From: Candidatus Neptunichlamydia sp.
GTDB taxonomy: Bacteria > Chlamydiota > Chlamydiia > Chlamydiales > Simkaniaceae
Direction: 5' to 3'
NCBI GenBank assembly: GCA_965233865.1
Contig: OZ247587.1
Location: 448,001-512,000 of the forward strand
DNA length: 64,000 bases
Below are positions 18,752-29,800 of this stretch, in pieces; the first letter of the stretch is position 1, and each line of letters opens with the position of its first letter. A program made the translations under genes and the position numbers. The notes below the pieces were generated by a model. It searched no databases. It worked only from the letters and a program-made list of their open reading frames with translations, and had not been told where the DNA came from.

Positions 18752-19849
18752 TCATTTTTTTTTTGGCTCTACAAGGAATTCTCTCGAATCTTTACTGGGC
18801 TTTAACTTTCTCTGTGACATGTACCATTGCTGCACAATCTGCAGTAGCATTGAAGAAAGCCAGTAAAGGTTCAATCCAGATGGGAATTTATAAAAAAGGA
18901 GAGGGAAAATAAGAGTCATGATCATTCCCATCTTTTGCTGTTGCTGCTGTTGATCTGAAATCTGTCCTTTTTTCTTATTTTGAGCTTGCCCCAGTTTTTG
19001 CTGGAAGAACATGACTATTCCAAGAAGAATAGGGAGAGCGTGCAGTGAGGTTCCAATGAACGGAATAGGATACCCCCATGAAAACACTACATCAGGAGCT
19101 GTTAAATTATCGATCCATCCAGGAATAAAGCTCGCTCCTCTAAGAGGAAAAACCGATTTTAGGAGGTCAAACATTCCAAATAGGAACGGCATCTGAATGA
19201 TAAGAGGGAGACATCCTCCAAGAGGATTGATCTTATGCTCTTTATAGAAGGTCATCATCTCCATTTGAGCTTGCTTTGGATCTTTGGCTTTTTTCTGCTT
19301 TTCCTTCATTTTTTCGAGCTTTGGTCCAAGCTCCTGCATCTTCAGTGTCGACTTAATCGACCAAGCGTTTAGTGGGTACATCATGACCCTAAGGACAACT
19401 GTTAATAAAATGATCGAGAATCCCCATGACTCAGTGACTGAATAAAAGAAGTTCATAATGAAGTAGAGAAATTTTGCAAAGGGCTCAGAAATAAAGGAAA
19501 ACCATCCATGAAAGCTACGCGTTTGCGTGTAGTTGGGATTATATCCTGTAACAGGATTTGTGTAGGTGTCATCGACTTTTTGCAAGATCTGTTTTTCAAT
19601 CGGACCTGCGTAAAGACGGAAGTTCATTGGTTGTGACGAGCGTCTGAGGGGAATATGCACTTCATACCCTGGATATTTACTCGTAGGGTAGAGATCGTGA
19701 ACTGAATCGATAACCACGATTCTTGATGGATCAATGTTTCCGGGAACATTATTGGCTTGGAAACCCATTCCTACTTCTGTTAGGGGATCCATAATCAACG
19801 TAAAATAACCATTAGAATTTGCTATCCAGTCAGGTTGAAAAGAGCTCAT
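18752..19849 (-). CDS. yidC: Membrane protein insertase YidC, C-terminal part
   Basis: SWGFSIILLTVVLR, NPLGGCLP, WIDNLTAPD and PSGLNLYW motifs. Confidence 0.9.
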   Translation of the reverse strand: MSSFQPDWIANSNGYFTLIMDPLTEVGMGFQANNVPGNIDPSRIVVIDSVHDLYPTSKYPGYEVHIPLRRSSQPMNFRLYAGPIEKQILQKVDDTYTNPVTGYNPNYTQTRSFHGWFSFISEPFAKFLYFIMNFFYSVTESWGFSIILLTVVLRVMMYPLNAWSIKSTLKMQELGPKLEKMKEKQKKAKDPKQAQMEMMTFYKEHKINPLGGCLPLIIQMPFLFGMFDLLKSVFPLRGASFIPGWIDNLTAPDVVFSWGYPIPFIGTSLHALPILLGIVMFFQQKLGQAQNKKKGQISDQQQQQQKMGMIMTLIFPLLFYKFPSGLNLYWLSSMLLQIVQQWYMSQRKLKPSKDSREFLVEPKKK

Positions 19850-21174
19850 TGTTGTTGAGGTTTTGGAAGGGATAGTTTTTCTACAACGGGTTTGCTATTT
19901 CGAACAGTACTGTACTTAATAATTGGAGCAGGGCTTCCAGAAATAAGCTCGACTTCAGGAACTCCTGATCCAACCCAAAGACCTCTAGAATCTCCTTCGA
20001 CCTTAATAGAGACGTTTAGGCAATAAGGAGCATCGTTGCCTTCTTCAGGGAAGGTATAAGTCTTAATGATGCGTCTGTTGGGAAAATTTGCTTCAAACTG
20101 AATCATTTTATCATCAAAACGGAGGAGCTTATAAAATGTCTGAGAGGTTTCTGAGTCTTCAGAAATTGTATTAAATGCGTAGTACTGTGGGGAGAGAGAA
20201 TGAGGGGGATATCCACTGTCTTTTTTAATTCCTCTTCGAAGTAGGGGGTAGTAACCACCTAGAACAGGATTTTTTATAATTGTTTGACCTGACGGATCTA
20301 CTGCATGATAAGAATGGTTAGGGAACATCCCATTACTAGGATAACTTTTGTCAATCGTGCGGTCAAAACCTATTGGCAACACGATGCTTTCGCTATCATT
20401 TTCGCTTTTGAAAGGAAGGTTAATTTCAGCAATTGCTCCTCCTAAATTGGAGAAGACGACTTGCATTGTATCGTTTTCTAGGACGAAATACTCTTGATTG
20501 CCAAAATCTTCTTTAGGAAACGATTCCATTCGATAATTGACCAAGTCAGCAAAGTGCTCAAGTTTTGAAAGCGGAGAGAAAGAGCCGGATCGCTTTTCAT
20601 AGATTCCAACAGGTAAATAAGCATCTTCTAAACGATAGAGGACGATTCCATTTGCTTGAGGAAGGAAGGAAGGAAAAAACAGTTGACCCTCATCATATTC
20701 TCCTAGAACAACCAATGGATTCAGTTCATCAGATATCGAAACTACCTGAACGTCATGCATTCCCATTTGGGGAAGGTATGTTGAATCGATTTCAGGCTTC
20801 CCCCCAGTGTTGTATAGTGCAAAATGGTCATTGGTTTTAAGCAAGTGAGCGGCCTTTCCATCTACATAGAGAATCTCGGCCCATTTTCCTGCCCAGGAGG
20901 GTGAAAGATATAACCCATTGCCACAAGCAACAACCCAAGTCAACGGCTGCTTTTCATTGATATCGGTAAACGCTCGAAAAAGAGGAAGCTCTTTGGCAGA
21001 GGCTGTTCTTTCTTTGACATTGATTTCATGATCAAATTTTTTCTCCTCAGTCATCACTTGCTGTTTTTGTTGGTATGCATCATATTCCGCTTGCTTCTTG
21101 GAAGTAAAATATTGATTCACAAAGAATAAGATCACTGACATTGAGATGACAAAGAGGAAGAAACGTTTATTCAT
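19846..21174 (-). CDS. yidC: YidC N-terminal part (anchor and periplasmic domain), out of frame with the C-terminal part
   Basis: MNKRFFLFV anchor; VLENDTMQVVFSNLGGAIAEINL, GGYYPLLRR and SGVPEVE motifs typical of chlamydial YidC. One extra A at 19861-19864 would fuse the two ORFs. Confidence 0.8.
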   Translation of the reverse strand: MNKRFFLFVISMSVILFFVNQYFTSKKQAEYDAYQQKQQVMTEEKKFDHEINVKERTASAKELPLFRAFTDINEKQPLTWVVACGNGLYLSPSWAGKWAEILYVDGKAAHLLKTNDHFALYNTGGKPEIDSTYLPQMGMHDVQVVSISDELNPLVVLGEYDEGQLFFPSFLPQANGIVLYRLEDAYLPVGIYEKRSGSFSPLSKLEHFADLVNYRMESFPKEDFGNQEYFVLENDTMQVVFSNLGGAIAEINLPFKSENDSESIVLPIGFDRTIDKSYPSNGMFPNHSYHAVDPSGQTIIKNPVLGGYYPLLRRGIKKDSGYPPHSLSPQYYAFNTISEDSETSQTFYKLLRFDDKMIQFEANFPNRRIIKTYTFPEEGNDAPYCLNVSIKVEGDSRGLWVGSGVPEVELISGSPAPIIKYSTVRNSKPVVEKLSLPKPQQQ

Positions 21175-21648
21175 AATGGGGTAAACCTTGATTTTTGATA
21201 AACGCCGATCATATCAAAAAAAAGAAAATTAATAAAGCTCAATACGCGACATGCACCAAAATAGTTTTTTTGGGAATTGGGCACGATGCGGGAGTTCTTG
21301 ATCATAAAGTGGGTTGTAATTTAAATTTGCGTTATGAAAATTTTATCGCGACTTCTCTTAACGTTTTGCTGTCTTGGCAAAACTTAAATTTTCTGTGCTT
21401 CGGGTCAACAGTACCTTTTTTCTAAAATCTAATGAATACGTCATTCAAAAAAGTATAACTAAAACAAAATATTTTAGCTATATAACAATAAGAGAAGGCA
21501 TTCAACATTGGGATATTTGAGCCCGGTGAAATTTGAAGAAAAACATGAGAATAGTCTATGTTAAAAGTGTCTACAGAAACGGGGGAAGATCAGTTGTTGA
21601 AAGGGTCCTTAAAAGCTCTGCATGTCCTGTCTGGATCTGCTTTAGCGC

Positions 21649-22644
21649 TCACTGAAACTCTTTTATAAGGTGGCATGCAACGCTGTGTCCAGGGGAAACA
21701 GTGCGGAGAAATGGACGTTTTTGGAGGCAAATGGGTTTGACCTTTGGACACCGGGTGCAGAAAACACATCCTTTTGGAGGGTTAATAGGGGAGGGGACTT
21801 CCCCAGTAAGAAGAATACGGGTACGTTTTTTTTCAATGAAAGGATCGGGAATAGGGATTGCAGATAAGAGCCCTTGGGTGTAGGGATGTTGAGGGGTTTT
21901 ATAGAGATCGGCACTAGGTGCAAGCTCCATACAGTGACCCAAGTACATCACAACAACACGTGTTGAAAGATATTTAACCATGGCCAGATCATGGGAAATA
22001 AAAAGATATGTGAGACCCATTTCCTCTTGCAAATATCTTAGAAGGTTAATGATCTGAGCTTGGATTGAAACATCAAGGGCTGCAATAGGCTCGTCGCAAA
22101 CAATGAAGCGGGGATTGAGAGCGAGTGAGCGAGCAATTCCAATCCGTTGCCGCTGCCCTCCACTAAACTCATGAGGGAAGCGACTCATATACTCAGGGCG
22201 AAGTCCGACAAGCTCAAGGAGTTCTTGGACACGTTTTTGTTTTCCATAGGAGTTTAATATGTTATGGATAGTAAGAGGCTCTGAAATAATCTCACCAGCA
22301 GTCATTCGGGGATTTAAAGATGTAAAGGGATCTTGAAAAATATATTGCATATCGTGGCGGAGTGCTTTGATCGCTTTTCCTTTATATTTAAGGATGCTCT
22401 CTCCCTTAAAAAAGATGTCGCCACTACTGGGCTCATATAGACGCATAAGGGCTCTTGCAAGAACCGTTTTTCCACACCCACTTTCTCCAACAAGGCCAAG
22501 AGTCTCTTGAGGAAAAACATCAAAGGAGATTCCATCAACGGCGCGCACAATCTTTCCTTTATGTTCAAAGTGTTTTTTTAGATTCTTTACTTGAAGAAGA
22601 GGCTTTGTCACTTTAAATCTCCTGTCTCTGTATTCGAGGGTCAA
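21649..22644 (-). CDS. oppF: Oligopeptide ABC transporter ATP-binding protein
   Basis: GESGCGKT, FSGGQRQR, CDEP and HPYT motifs; the true start is probably a few codons downstream. Confidence 0.93.
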   Translation of the reverse strand: MTLEYRDRRFKVTKPLLQVKNLKKHFEHKGKIVRAVDGISFDVFPQETLGLVGESGCGKTVLARALMRLYEPSSGDIFFKGESILKYKGKAIKALRHDMQYIFQDPFTSLNPRMTAGEIISEPLTIHNILNSYGKQKRVQELLELVGLRPEYMSRFPHEFSGGQRQRIGIARSLALNPRFIVCDEPIAALDVSIQAQIINLLRYLQEEMGLTYLFISHDLAMVKYLSTRVVVMYLGHCMELAPSADLYKTPQHPYTQGLLSAIPIPDPFIEKKRTRILLTGEVPSPINPPKGCVFCTRCPKVKPICLQKRPFLRTVSPGHSVACHLIKEFQ

Positions 22645-23608
22645 ACAGCCAACAGGCAGTATGATGATTTTTCGAGACTTCTATGGATGAAGGACAGGCA
22701 TCATGACACAGTTTCATTGCATGGGGACATCTCTGAGCAAAAGCACACCCTTTGATTTTATAGGAGGGGTCAGGGGGGGATCCATGGATGGAATAAAGCT
22801 GGCGCAAGGGGGGAAGATCAAGGCGTGGAATGGAGTTTAAAAGGCGGCGAGTATAAGGGTGTTTTGGGGATCTAAAGAGTTCTTCAACAGAAGAGCTTTC
22901 AACAATCTTTCCTGCGTACATTACAACAACACGATCGCAAAATCCAGCAACAATGCTGAAATCATGAGTAATCAGGATGATACTCATTTGTTCTTTTTTT
23001 TGAATCTCCTTCAAAAGGCCTAGAATTTGTGCTTGTATGGCTACATCAAGTGCAGTTGTGGGTTCATCAGCAATGAGAATTTTAGGTGATGAAATCATGG
23101 CAATTGCAATCATTGTCCGTTGCCGCATTCCTCCACTAAGCTCATAAGGGAACTGGGTAAGGCGCATTTCTGAGTCTGAAACCCCAACTCTTTTTAAGAG
23201 TTTAATCGCGCGTATTTTCATCTCTTTTTTTGAAGCTGATGGGTGATGGAGGGCATACCCTTCTATGATCTGATCACCGATTCGCATAGTGGGATTAAGA
23301 GAGGTCATGGGATCTTGAAAAATCATTCCAATTTCCTTTCCCCGAATTTTTCTAAGCTCTCTTTCTTTTTTTAGGAGAAGGTTTTCCCCCTTATAGTAAA
23401 TTTCCCCCTTGTCGATGCGTGAAGAAATGGAAGGAAGAAGTCGGGTAATGCTCTTTGCCATTACGGATTTTCCACATCCCGATTCACCAACAATTCCCAG
23501 TGTTTCTCCCTCCTTTAGCTCAAAGTCAACGCCTCGAACAGCAAAGACTTTTTTAGAGAGAGTCGAAAAGGAAGTATGGAGGTTTTTCACTTCTAAGAAT
23601 TTTTTCAT
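22613..23608 (-). CDS. oppD: Oligopeptide ABC transporter ATP-binding protein
   Basis: GESGCGKS, LSGGMRQR and ADEPTTALDV motifs. Confidence 0.93.
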   Translation of the reverse strand: MKKFLEVKNLHTSFSTLSKKVFAVRGVDFELKEGETLGIVGESGCGKSVMAKSITRLLPSISSRIDKGEIYYKGENLLLKKERELRKIRGKEIGMIFQDPMTSLNPTMRIGDQIIEGYALHHPSASKKEMKIRAIKLLKRVGVSDSEMRLTQFPYELSGGMRQRTMIAIAMISSPKILIADEPTTALDVAIQAQILGLLKEIQKKEQMSIILITHDFSIVAGFCDRVVVMYAGKIVESSSVEELFRSPKHPYTRRLLNSIPRLDLPPLRQLYSIHGSPPDPSYKIKGCAFAQRCPHAMKLCHDACPSSIEVSKNHHTACWLFDPRIQRQEI

Positions 23609-24510
23609 GTACGAAGCCTTGGGTCGAATGCATCTCGAATACCGTCACCCAGCAAGTTAAGGGCCAGTATTGTAATACTGATAAACCCTGCAGGAAAAAA
23701 GAGTCTCCAGGGATAATATTGAAGTGCTGAAAGACCCTCGCTGGCCATTGTTCCCCAGCTAGCTATTGGGGCTTGCACCCCAAGCCCTAAAAAGCTTAAG
23801 AAAGCCTCGGCAAAGATTGCAGTAGGGATGGTGAGAGTCATCGTTGTAATGATCGATCCGATCGAATTGGGGATAAGGTGGCGAAACAGAACTCTCCATC
23901 TACTCGCTCCTAGTATATAGGCGGCCATCACAAAGTCATTTTGCTTTATTTGAAGAATTTGTGCGCGCACAATACGGGCCATATTGATCCATCCAGTAAT
24001 TGTGAGGGCTATCAATATTGTTGTGACTCCAGGTTTCATAATGACCATTAAAAGAATTACGATGAGGAGATGGGGAAGAGAGTGTAGAATATCGGTCAGG
24101 CGCATCATAAACTCTTCTAGCTTTCCTCCAACCATTCCAGCAAAGGCCCCATAGAAGACTCCAATGACCATATCGATTACTGCAGCGGTAATACCAACAA
24201 AAAGAGAGATTCGGGCTCCCCACCAGATGCGGGTAAAAAGATCGCGCCCAAGCTCATCAGTTCCAAACCAAAAGGTAGCACAGGGAGCATTGTTTTTGAG
24301 GGCTAGATGGGTCTCATAATAGGTATGAGGACTGAAGAAAGGGACGATGATCGCAGAGCCAATCATGATGACTAAGACGGTCAGACCAAAAATTGCAGGG
24401 CGGTTTGATTGAAGACGGATCCAAGCATCTTTCCAGTAGGAGACCCCCTTTTCTGGGAGAGATTCAGCGAATGGTGGTGGGGTTGCTATGAGTACGTCTG
24501 ATTCCTTCAC
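23605..24510 (-). CDS. oppC: Oligopeptide ABC transporter permease
   Basis: FGTDELGRD, EAFLSFLGLG and LGDGIRDAFDPR motifs. Confidence 0.93.
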   Translation of the reverse strand: MKESDVLIATPPPFAESLPEKGVSYWKDAWIRLQSNRPAIFGLTVLVIMIGSAIIVPFFSPHTYYETHLALKNNAPCATFWFGTDELGRDLFTRIWWGARISLFVGITAAVIDMVIGVFYGAFAGMVGGKLEEFMMRLTDILHSLPHLLIVILLMVIMKPGVTTILIALTITGWINMARIVRAQILQIKQNDFVMAAYILGASRWRVLFRHLIPNSIGSIITTMTLTIPTAIFAEAFLSFLGLGVQAPIASWGTMASEGLSALQYYPWRLFFPAGFISITILALNLLGDGIRDAFDPRLRT

Positions 24511-25448
24511 GCTTCCACCTTTTTTTGATTTTCAAAACGCATTCGGGGATCGATTATTGTGTACATTAGGTCCACGGCTAAGACGCATAGCATCAGTAAT
24601 GCGCTGTAGAAAACAGTAACACCCATAATCACTGTATAATCTCGATTTGTAATGCTGTTTACAAACCATCCTCCTAGTCCAGGGATTCCAAAAATCTTTT
24701 CCACTATAAAACTCCCTGTAAGAATCGCACTGGTCAAAGGCCCTAAATAGGTGAGCACTGGAAAGAGACTATTTTTCAAAACATGCTTAAGAACAACCTG
24801 ACGGGTTGACAATCCTTTTGATCGAGCGGTTTGAACATAGTCCTGCTCTAAAACCTCAACCATATTTGCCCGTGTTAGTCGGGCTATAAAAGCAGTGGGC
24901 AAGGCTGCCAGAGAGAGAGCAGGCAGGATTGAGTGAACAAGGGAGCCCCAACGAGCAACAGGAAGAAGGTCCATTTTCATGGAGAAGAGATATTGCAAAA
25001 AAGTTGCCATGATAAAGTTAGGAACGGATATTCCCACAACAGCAAGGATCATTGCTAAACTATCCTGCCATCTTGAGCGTTTTACAGCGGCAAGTGTTCC
25101 TAAAATGATTCCTGAAAAAAGGGCAATTGTGACCGCTTCAAGGCCTAAAATAAAAGAAACGGGGAAACCCTCTCGAATGATGTCATTTACTGTTCTCCCT
25201 TCATATTTGAATGAGGGACCGAGATTCCACGTAACAAGGCCCTTAAGGTATTTGAGATATTGGATGTACCAAGGTTGATCCAAGCCATAATGAGCATACA
25301 TACTCTTCATGATCTCTTCAGGAATTGCTTGCTCTTGCATAAACGGATCACCAGGAGCCGCTTGCATTAGAAAAAAGGTCGCGGTTGCTACAATGAACAA
25401 GGAGAGAATCAAAAGAAAAAATTTTCGAACAAAATATGTGTGTTTCAT
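24507..25448 (-). CDS. oppB: Oligopeptide ABC transporter permease
   Basis: APGDPF, YGLDQP, TARSKGL, VEKIFGIPGLG and IDPR motifs. Confidence 0.93.
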   Translation of the reverse strand: MKHTYFVRKFFLLILSLFIVATATFFLMQAAPGDPFMQEQAIPEEIMKSMYAHYGLDQPWYIQYLKYLKGLVTWNLGPSFKYEGRTVNDIIREGFPVSFILGLEAVTIALFSGIILGTLAAVKRSRWQDSLAMILAVVGISVPNFIMATFLQYLFSMKMDLLPVARWGSLVHSILPALSLAALPTAFIARLTRANMVEVLEQDYVQTARSKGLSTRQVVLKHVLKNSLFPVLTYLGPLTSAILTGSFIVEKIFGIPGLGGWFVNSITNRDYTVIMGVTVFYSALLMLCVLAVDLMYTIIDPRMRFENQKKVEA

Positions 25449-25522
25449 TAAATTTAGTGTTTGGCCTCTAATCTTATGTGAGTCCCAATAAATTTAAGGG
25501 GTACTTGGAATTTTGTCAAAGA

Positions 25523-25551
25523 TTGCAAAATTTTCGATTATAGAATATAAT
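25523..25551 (+). promoter_or_regulatory. sigma66-type promoter of fbaB
   Basis: TTGCAA, 17-bp spacer, TATAAT. Confidence 0.65.
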
Positions 25552-25580
25552 GGTGTAAATTATTGAAAGGAGACCTCCCT

Positions 25581-26636
25581 ATGGATTATGCAGAAATTGA
25601 ATCTCTTCTTGGTTCTAAAGGAAAATTGCTTCTAGAGCATTCCTGTAAAACCCTTTCTAAGAAAGAATTACATCTACCAGGTTCTGATTGGGTCGATCGA
25701 ATTTTTGCTGGAAGTGACCGTTCCATTCGTGTGCTTCAGAGCATGCAAGAAATCCTCTCTCATGGAAGCCTTGCTAATACAGGGTATATTTCGATCCTTC
25801 CTGTAGATCAAGGAATTGAGCATACTGCGGGTTCTTCCTTTGCCCCGAACCCTGCTTACTTTGATCCTGAAAACATTATCAAACTTGCGATAGAGGGGGG
25901 ATGTAATGCTGTTGCAACGACCTTGGGCGTTCTAGGCTCTGTGGCTCGAAAATATGCTCACAAGATTCCATTCGTCTTGAAATTTAATCATAACGAACTC
26001 ATGACTTATCCCAATACCTATGGTCAAATCCCATTTTCTTCGATTGATAAGGCCTATGACATGGGATGCCGCGCTGTTGGAGCAACGATTTATTTTGGAT
26101 CTCCTGAAAGTGACCGCCAAATTATTGAAGTGGCACAGGCTTTCGAGCATGCTCACGAACTGGGAATGGTCACTATTCTTTGGTGCTATCTCCGCAATCC
26201 TGCTTTTAAGACTGATAAAGAGGATTATCACAACGCTGCAGATCTCACTGGGCAAGCAAATCATCTTGGAGTTACGATTGAAGCGGATATTATCAAGCAG
26301 AAATCTCCTACCTGCAACGGGGGATTTAAAGCCCTTAAGTTTGGAAAGGCAACAGAAAAAATGTATACTGAACTTTCTTCTGATCATCCTATTGACCTGA
26401 CCCGTTATCAAGTGATAAATAATTATATGGGGCGTATGGGGCTTATCAATTCAGGGGGAGCCTCAGGGGAAAATGATCTTGAATCAGCCGTTGAAACAGC
26501 CGTGGTTAATAAGCGCGCTGGCGGAATGGGGCTCATCTCGGGACGTAAGGCTTTTCAAAAACCTATGAAAGATGGTGTTAAGCTTCTTCATGCGATTCAA
26601 GACGTTTACCTTTGTGATAAAATCACCGTAGCCTAA
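25581..26636 (+). CDS. fbaB: Class I fructose-bisphosphate aldolase (DhnA type)
   Basis: [17 protein letters not shown] and [10 protein letters not shown] motifs; ATG at 25581 follows AAGGAG. Confidence 0.95.
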   Translation: MDYAEIESLLGSKGKLLLEHSCKTLSKKELHLPGSDWVDRIFAGSDRSIRVLQSMQEILSHGSLANTGYISILPVDQGIEHTAGSSFAPNPAYFDPENIIKLAIEGGCNAVATTLGVLGSVARKYAHKIPFVLKFNHNELMTYPNTYGQIPFSSIDKAYDMGCRAVGATIYFGSPESDRQIIEVAQAFEHAHELGMVTILWCYLRNPAFKTDKEDYHNAADLTGQANHLGVTIEADIIKQKSPTCNGGFKALKFGKATEKMYTELSSDHPIDLTRYQVINNYMGRMGLINSGGASGENDLESAVETAVVNKRAGGMGLISGRKAFQKPMKDGVKLLHAIQDVYLCDKITVA

Positions 26637-26801
26637 TATTTGAGATAACCTCAAATTAGCTTAGTTTCTGTAGATCCTCTTGAAAGAATGGCCAATAGTC
26701 GAAGATGCTCCAACATGTCTTTAGAATTCTTAAGGCAATTTGAACTGACTTTAATTTTGTATCCCAAGACTCTGGATTTTCCTCCAGTGACTTAGCTCGG
26801 T

Positions 26802-29800
26802 TTATGGTTGAGGTTGCCAAGGAAATGGAATGTTTGGAGGGGGGACGTTAGATTGATCATCAGCAAGGTTTCCGACTGCGCCAAGGACTTGTCCCCAAAT
26901 CCCTGTTTTTGGAGCGATTTGCTTGCGAGCGACAAGGAATGCAATCTTCCCTGTCGCAGCAACTGTGTCGATTTTGACATTGCCAAAAAGGCCTTCAACG
27001 GGAACCTTCAAAACATAGTTATCATCGATTCCTTGGATTCCTAATGCAGAACGGAGTACTGGGGCAGTTAGGCCAAGGGTCATATCAACATAACGCTTTG
27101 GGAAGTTAATGCCTCCCCATAAGCAGATTTGATATGCATTGTTATAGAGAATTTCAGTTCTGTCAACATGCATCTTTCCTCGATTCATATTGAACCCTGC
27201 AGGGGCAAACCAAAGGGAAACGTTTCCTCTGTTTTCGGAGCTAAAAAGCCCCCCTACTTCTGAGGTGCTGCCAGTATTCTTGCAAAGGATCTGGCCGAGA
27301 TCGAGTTGTCCATATTTAAAGCTCATATTTTTTATATGGAGATCTTTTAGAGGAATATTAAATCCCTTATCGTGAATATAGAGAGTGATAGGTTTTTCCA
27401 TCGCCACGACGACCAGCTTGGCACTTTTTTCGAGAACATCATTAAGCTGAGGGGTGATAGTAAAAACTGCTTTGAGTGGGTCTTGAAGATAAAGAATTTC
27501 ATTAGAAATGATTCCAGAAAAATTGGCTCGGCATGCTGATGCGTTAATATCCATCGTGATTTTCCCCTGGCTCTTTTCAACTTCTGCATCAAAAGTAGCA
27601 TTAAACAGATTACCAAGAAATGATGATGGGGGAAAGTCGGAGACCTTGTCAAATTTCGAAAGAGCATCGACAAAAACACTGGGAAGATTTTTGACGCTTG
27701 CATGGATCGATGTAGAGACATCTTTAAAATCAAGGGTTCCAGCGCTTGAGAGAAAATCTGTTATTGTTCCAGAGCCTTGTATCACACCGCTTTTTCTGTC
27801 TCCATCTGGAGATATATCCCCATTAAAATTAAAGGTGAGAGGGTTGTTTCCTGCCCGTTTTTTTGCAATATTGAAATCAAATTTTTCAAGCACAGTAGTA
27901 ACGCCAGTTCTGCTCTGTTTTAATTTGAGATCATTAACCCTCACCTTCGCATCAAAGTGGCTGCCAAAGAGATTGAAATCAAATTTAGGGAACCCTTCGC
28001 TCTGATCCTTTAAAGGAACAGAAAAGGAGGAGATTTGCATTTTAAGCACTCCCAAATCATCATCATCGACAGTAAAAAGTAGATTATTGGACATAATCTG
28101 TTGGTTGGGGTTGCGCCATTTGCGGAAGGCATCGTATGATTTTTCGCTTAAATCCCAGCGAATTTTCAATGGTTTTCGGGGGCTGCGGAGCTCCAAAGTT
28201 TCTCCCACATAAAATGCACCGTCAAGAGTCAGGCCACGGCTTTCTATTTGAATATCGAGGTTTTGCCTTCCCAGAGCTTTTTCCGTTGCATATTTTAACT
28301 CAAGAGTGGGACCGATTAAATCGGGGAGTTGTCCTTGCGTTTTGAAAAAAACATCAGCAATTTGTGAGGAGAAATCGCTTAAAGATGCTCTCATGGTACT
28401 AAGAGAGGATATAAGCTCAGATGTTTTTCCATTTCCAACTAATGTGAGCTCTAGCTTTCCAGCGCTGCTACCATTTTCAAGAGCACTTCCTTCAAAATGG
28501 ACGGTATGTGCATTTTTCTTTCCGTCGAGATCAAAATCCACTTGAACATTTTCAAATGTGAATGGATAGCGATTTAATGGGTTCACCATATCGAGGTTGG
28601 CAATCTTTCCAACTCCTTTTACAGATAGAGATGCCCCCCCCCCTTCCTTTAGAGGGATTTGACTTGGTTTAATTTCTAGCTGAAGAGGGGTTGTTTTAGT
28701 CAATAGAGGGTATTCTCTCTCTTCAGAAAGGATAGGGTTTATTTGTGAGGGCTCCAAAAGAAAATCTATTTGTACTCCTTTTGTCAAAATGAGGGTGCTT
28801 TTCTCTATTGCAGCTGTAATATCTCCTTTAAATTTCCGCCCATCTAGGGAAAGATTAAAGGGTGAAATTTCAAATTCATCACTAACTTTTGTTTTTCCTT
28901 TAGCTTTAACACCTACATTTTTTCCTAAAATCGAATATCCCCATGTTTGATCCTGATAATCGAGAGTTGTGGCTCCATTAAATTGAAAGGCGGATAGAGA
29001 GGTTCCCTTAAGGTTTACACGAAGGGAGGGGAGATTAACATTTCCTAGCGCAAAAAGATCACTTATTTCTATTTGTCCAGAACTGAGATTAAGATCGAAA
29101 TCAGAATCCTTAAAAACAAGCCCTTCTTCGTTTATAGGAATCGAAAGAGCGTTTAACTCTCCTTGTACCTTAAAGAAGCCCGTAAGATTTTTATAGAGAT
29201 TTGGTGTGACTACGTAGGTAAAAGTTGAAGGCTTTGTAAGCTGCGCAACCTCGCTGAGAATAAGGGAAGTGTTTTGCAGGTTTAGAAGAGGAGTTTTTCC
29301 GTTTAAGGTAATGCTGCTTTGGTTTTTAGCAATTTTTCCGGAATAGGTATCTCCAAGATAGACGGCAAGGGAACTACTTAAAAAACTGTCAATAAGGGAC
29401 AGGGGGAGGTCATTAATACTTAAATCAAGAGCTGGATAGGAAGCTTTTTTTAAGATATTTTGGATCGAAAGAGTTCCATTTACAGAAGGTTGGGCCTCTT
29501 TTTGGTATCGCATGGTGCTTTTCAAACTCATTTGAATGAGCTTATTTAATGCTGCTGTTGAAAATTTTGCATTGAGTTCATCAATATTAATAATTCTTTG
29601 AATTTTATTTAAGAGAAGCTGTCCACCAGAAAAATAGAGATTTCCAACAACTGCTGCCTCGCTAAAATCAAAACTGTTTCGAGTCAATGGGAGAGAACCT
29701 TTCTCAAGCCGAATCTCGGTTTGTGCATTATTTTGGAGGGAAATGTTCTCATTGAAGTAGTTAAATAGAAGAGGTTTTAAAGTCAAATCTACTCTTCCTG

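Noticed and set aside
21195..21648. 76-aa ORF and possible oriC or ncRNA upstream of yidC-dnaA
   Set aside because: No RBS or recognisable motifs, no cluster of TTATCCACA boxes and no recognisable RNA family.
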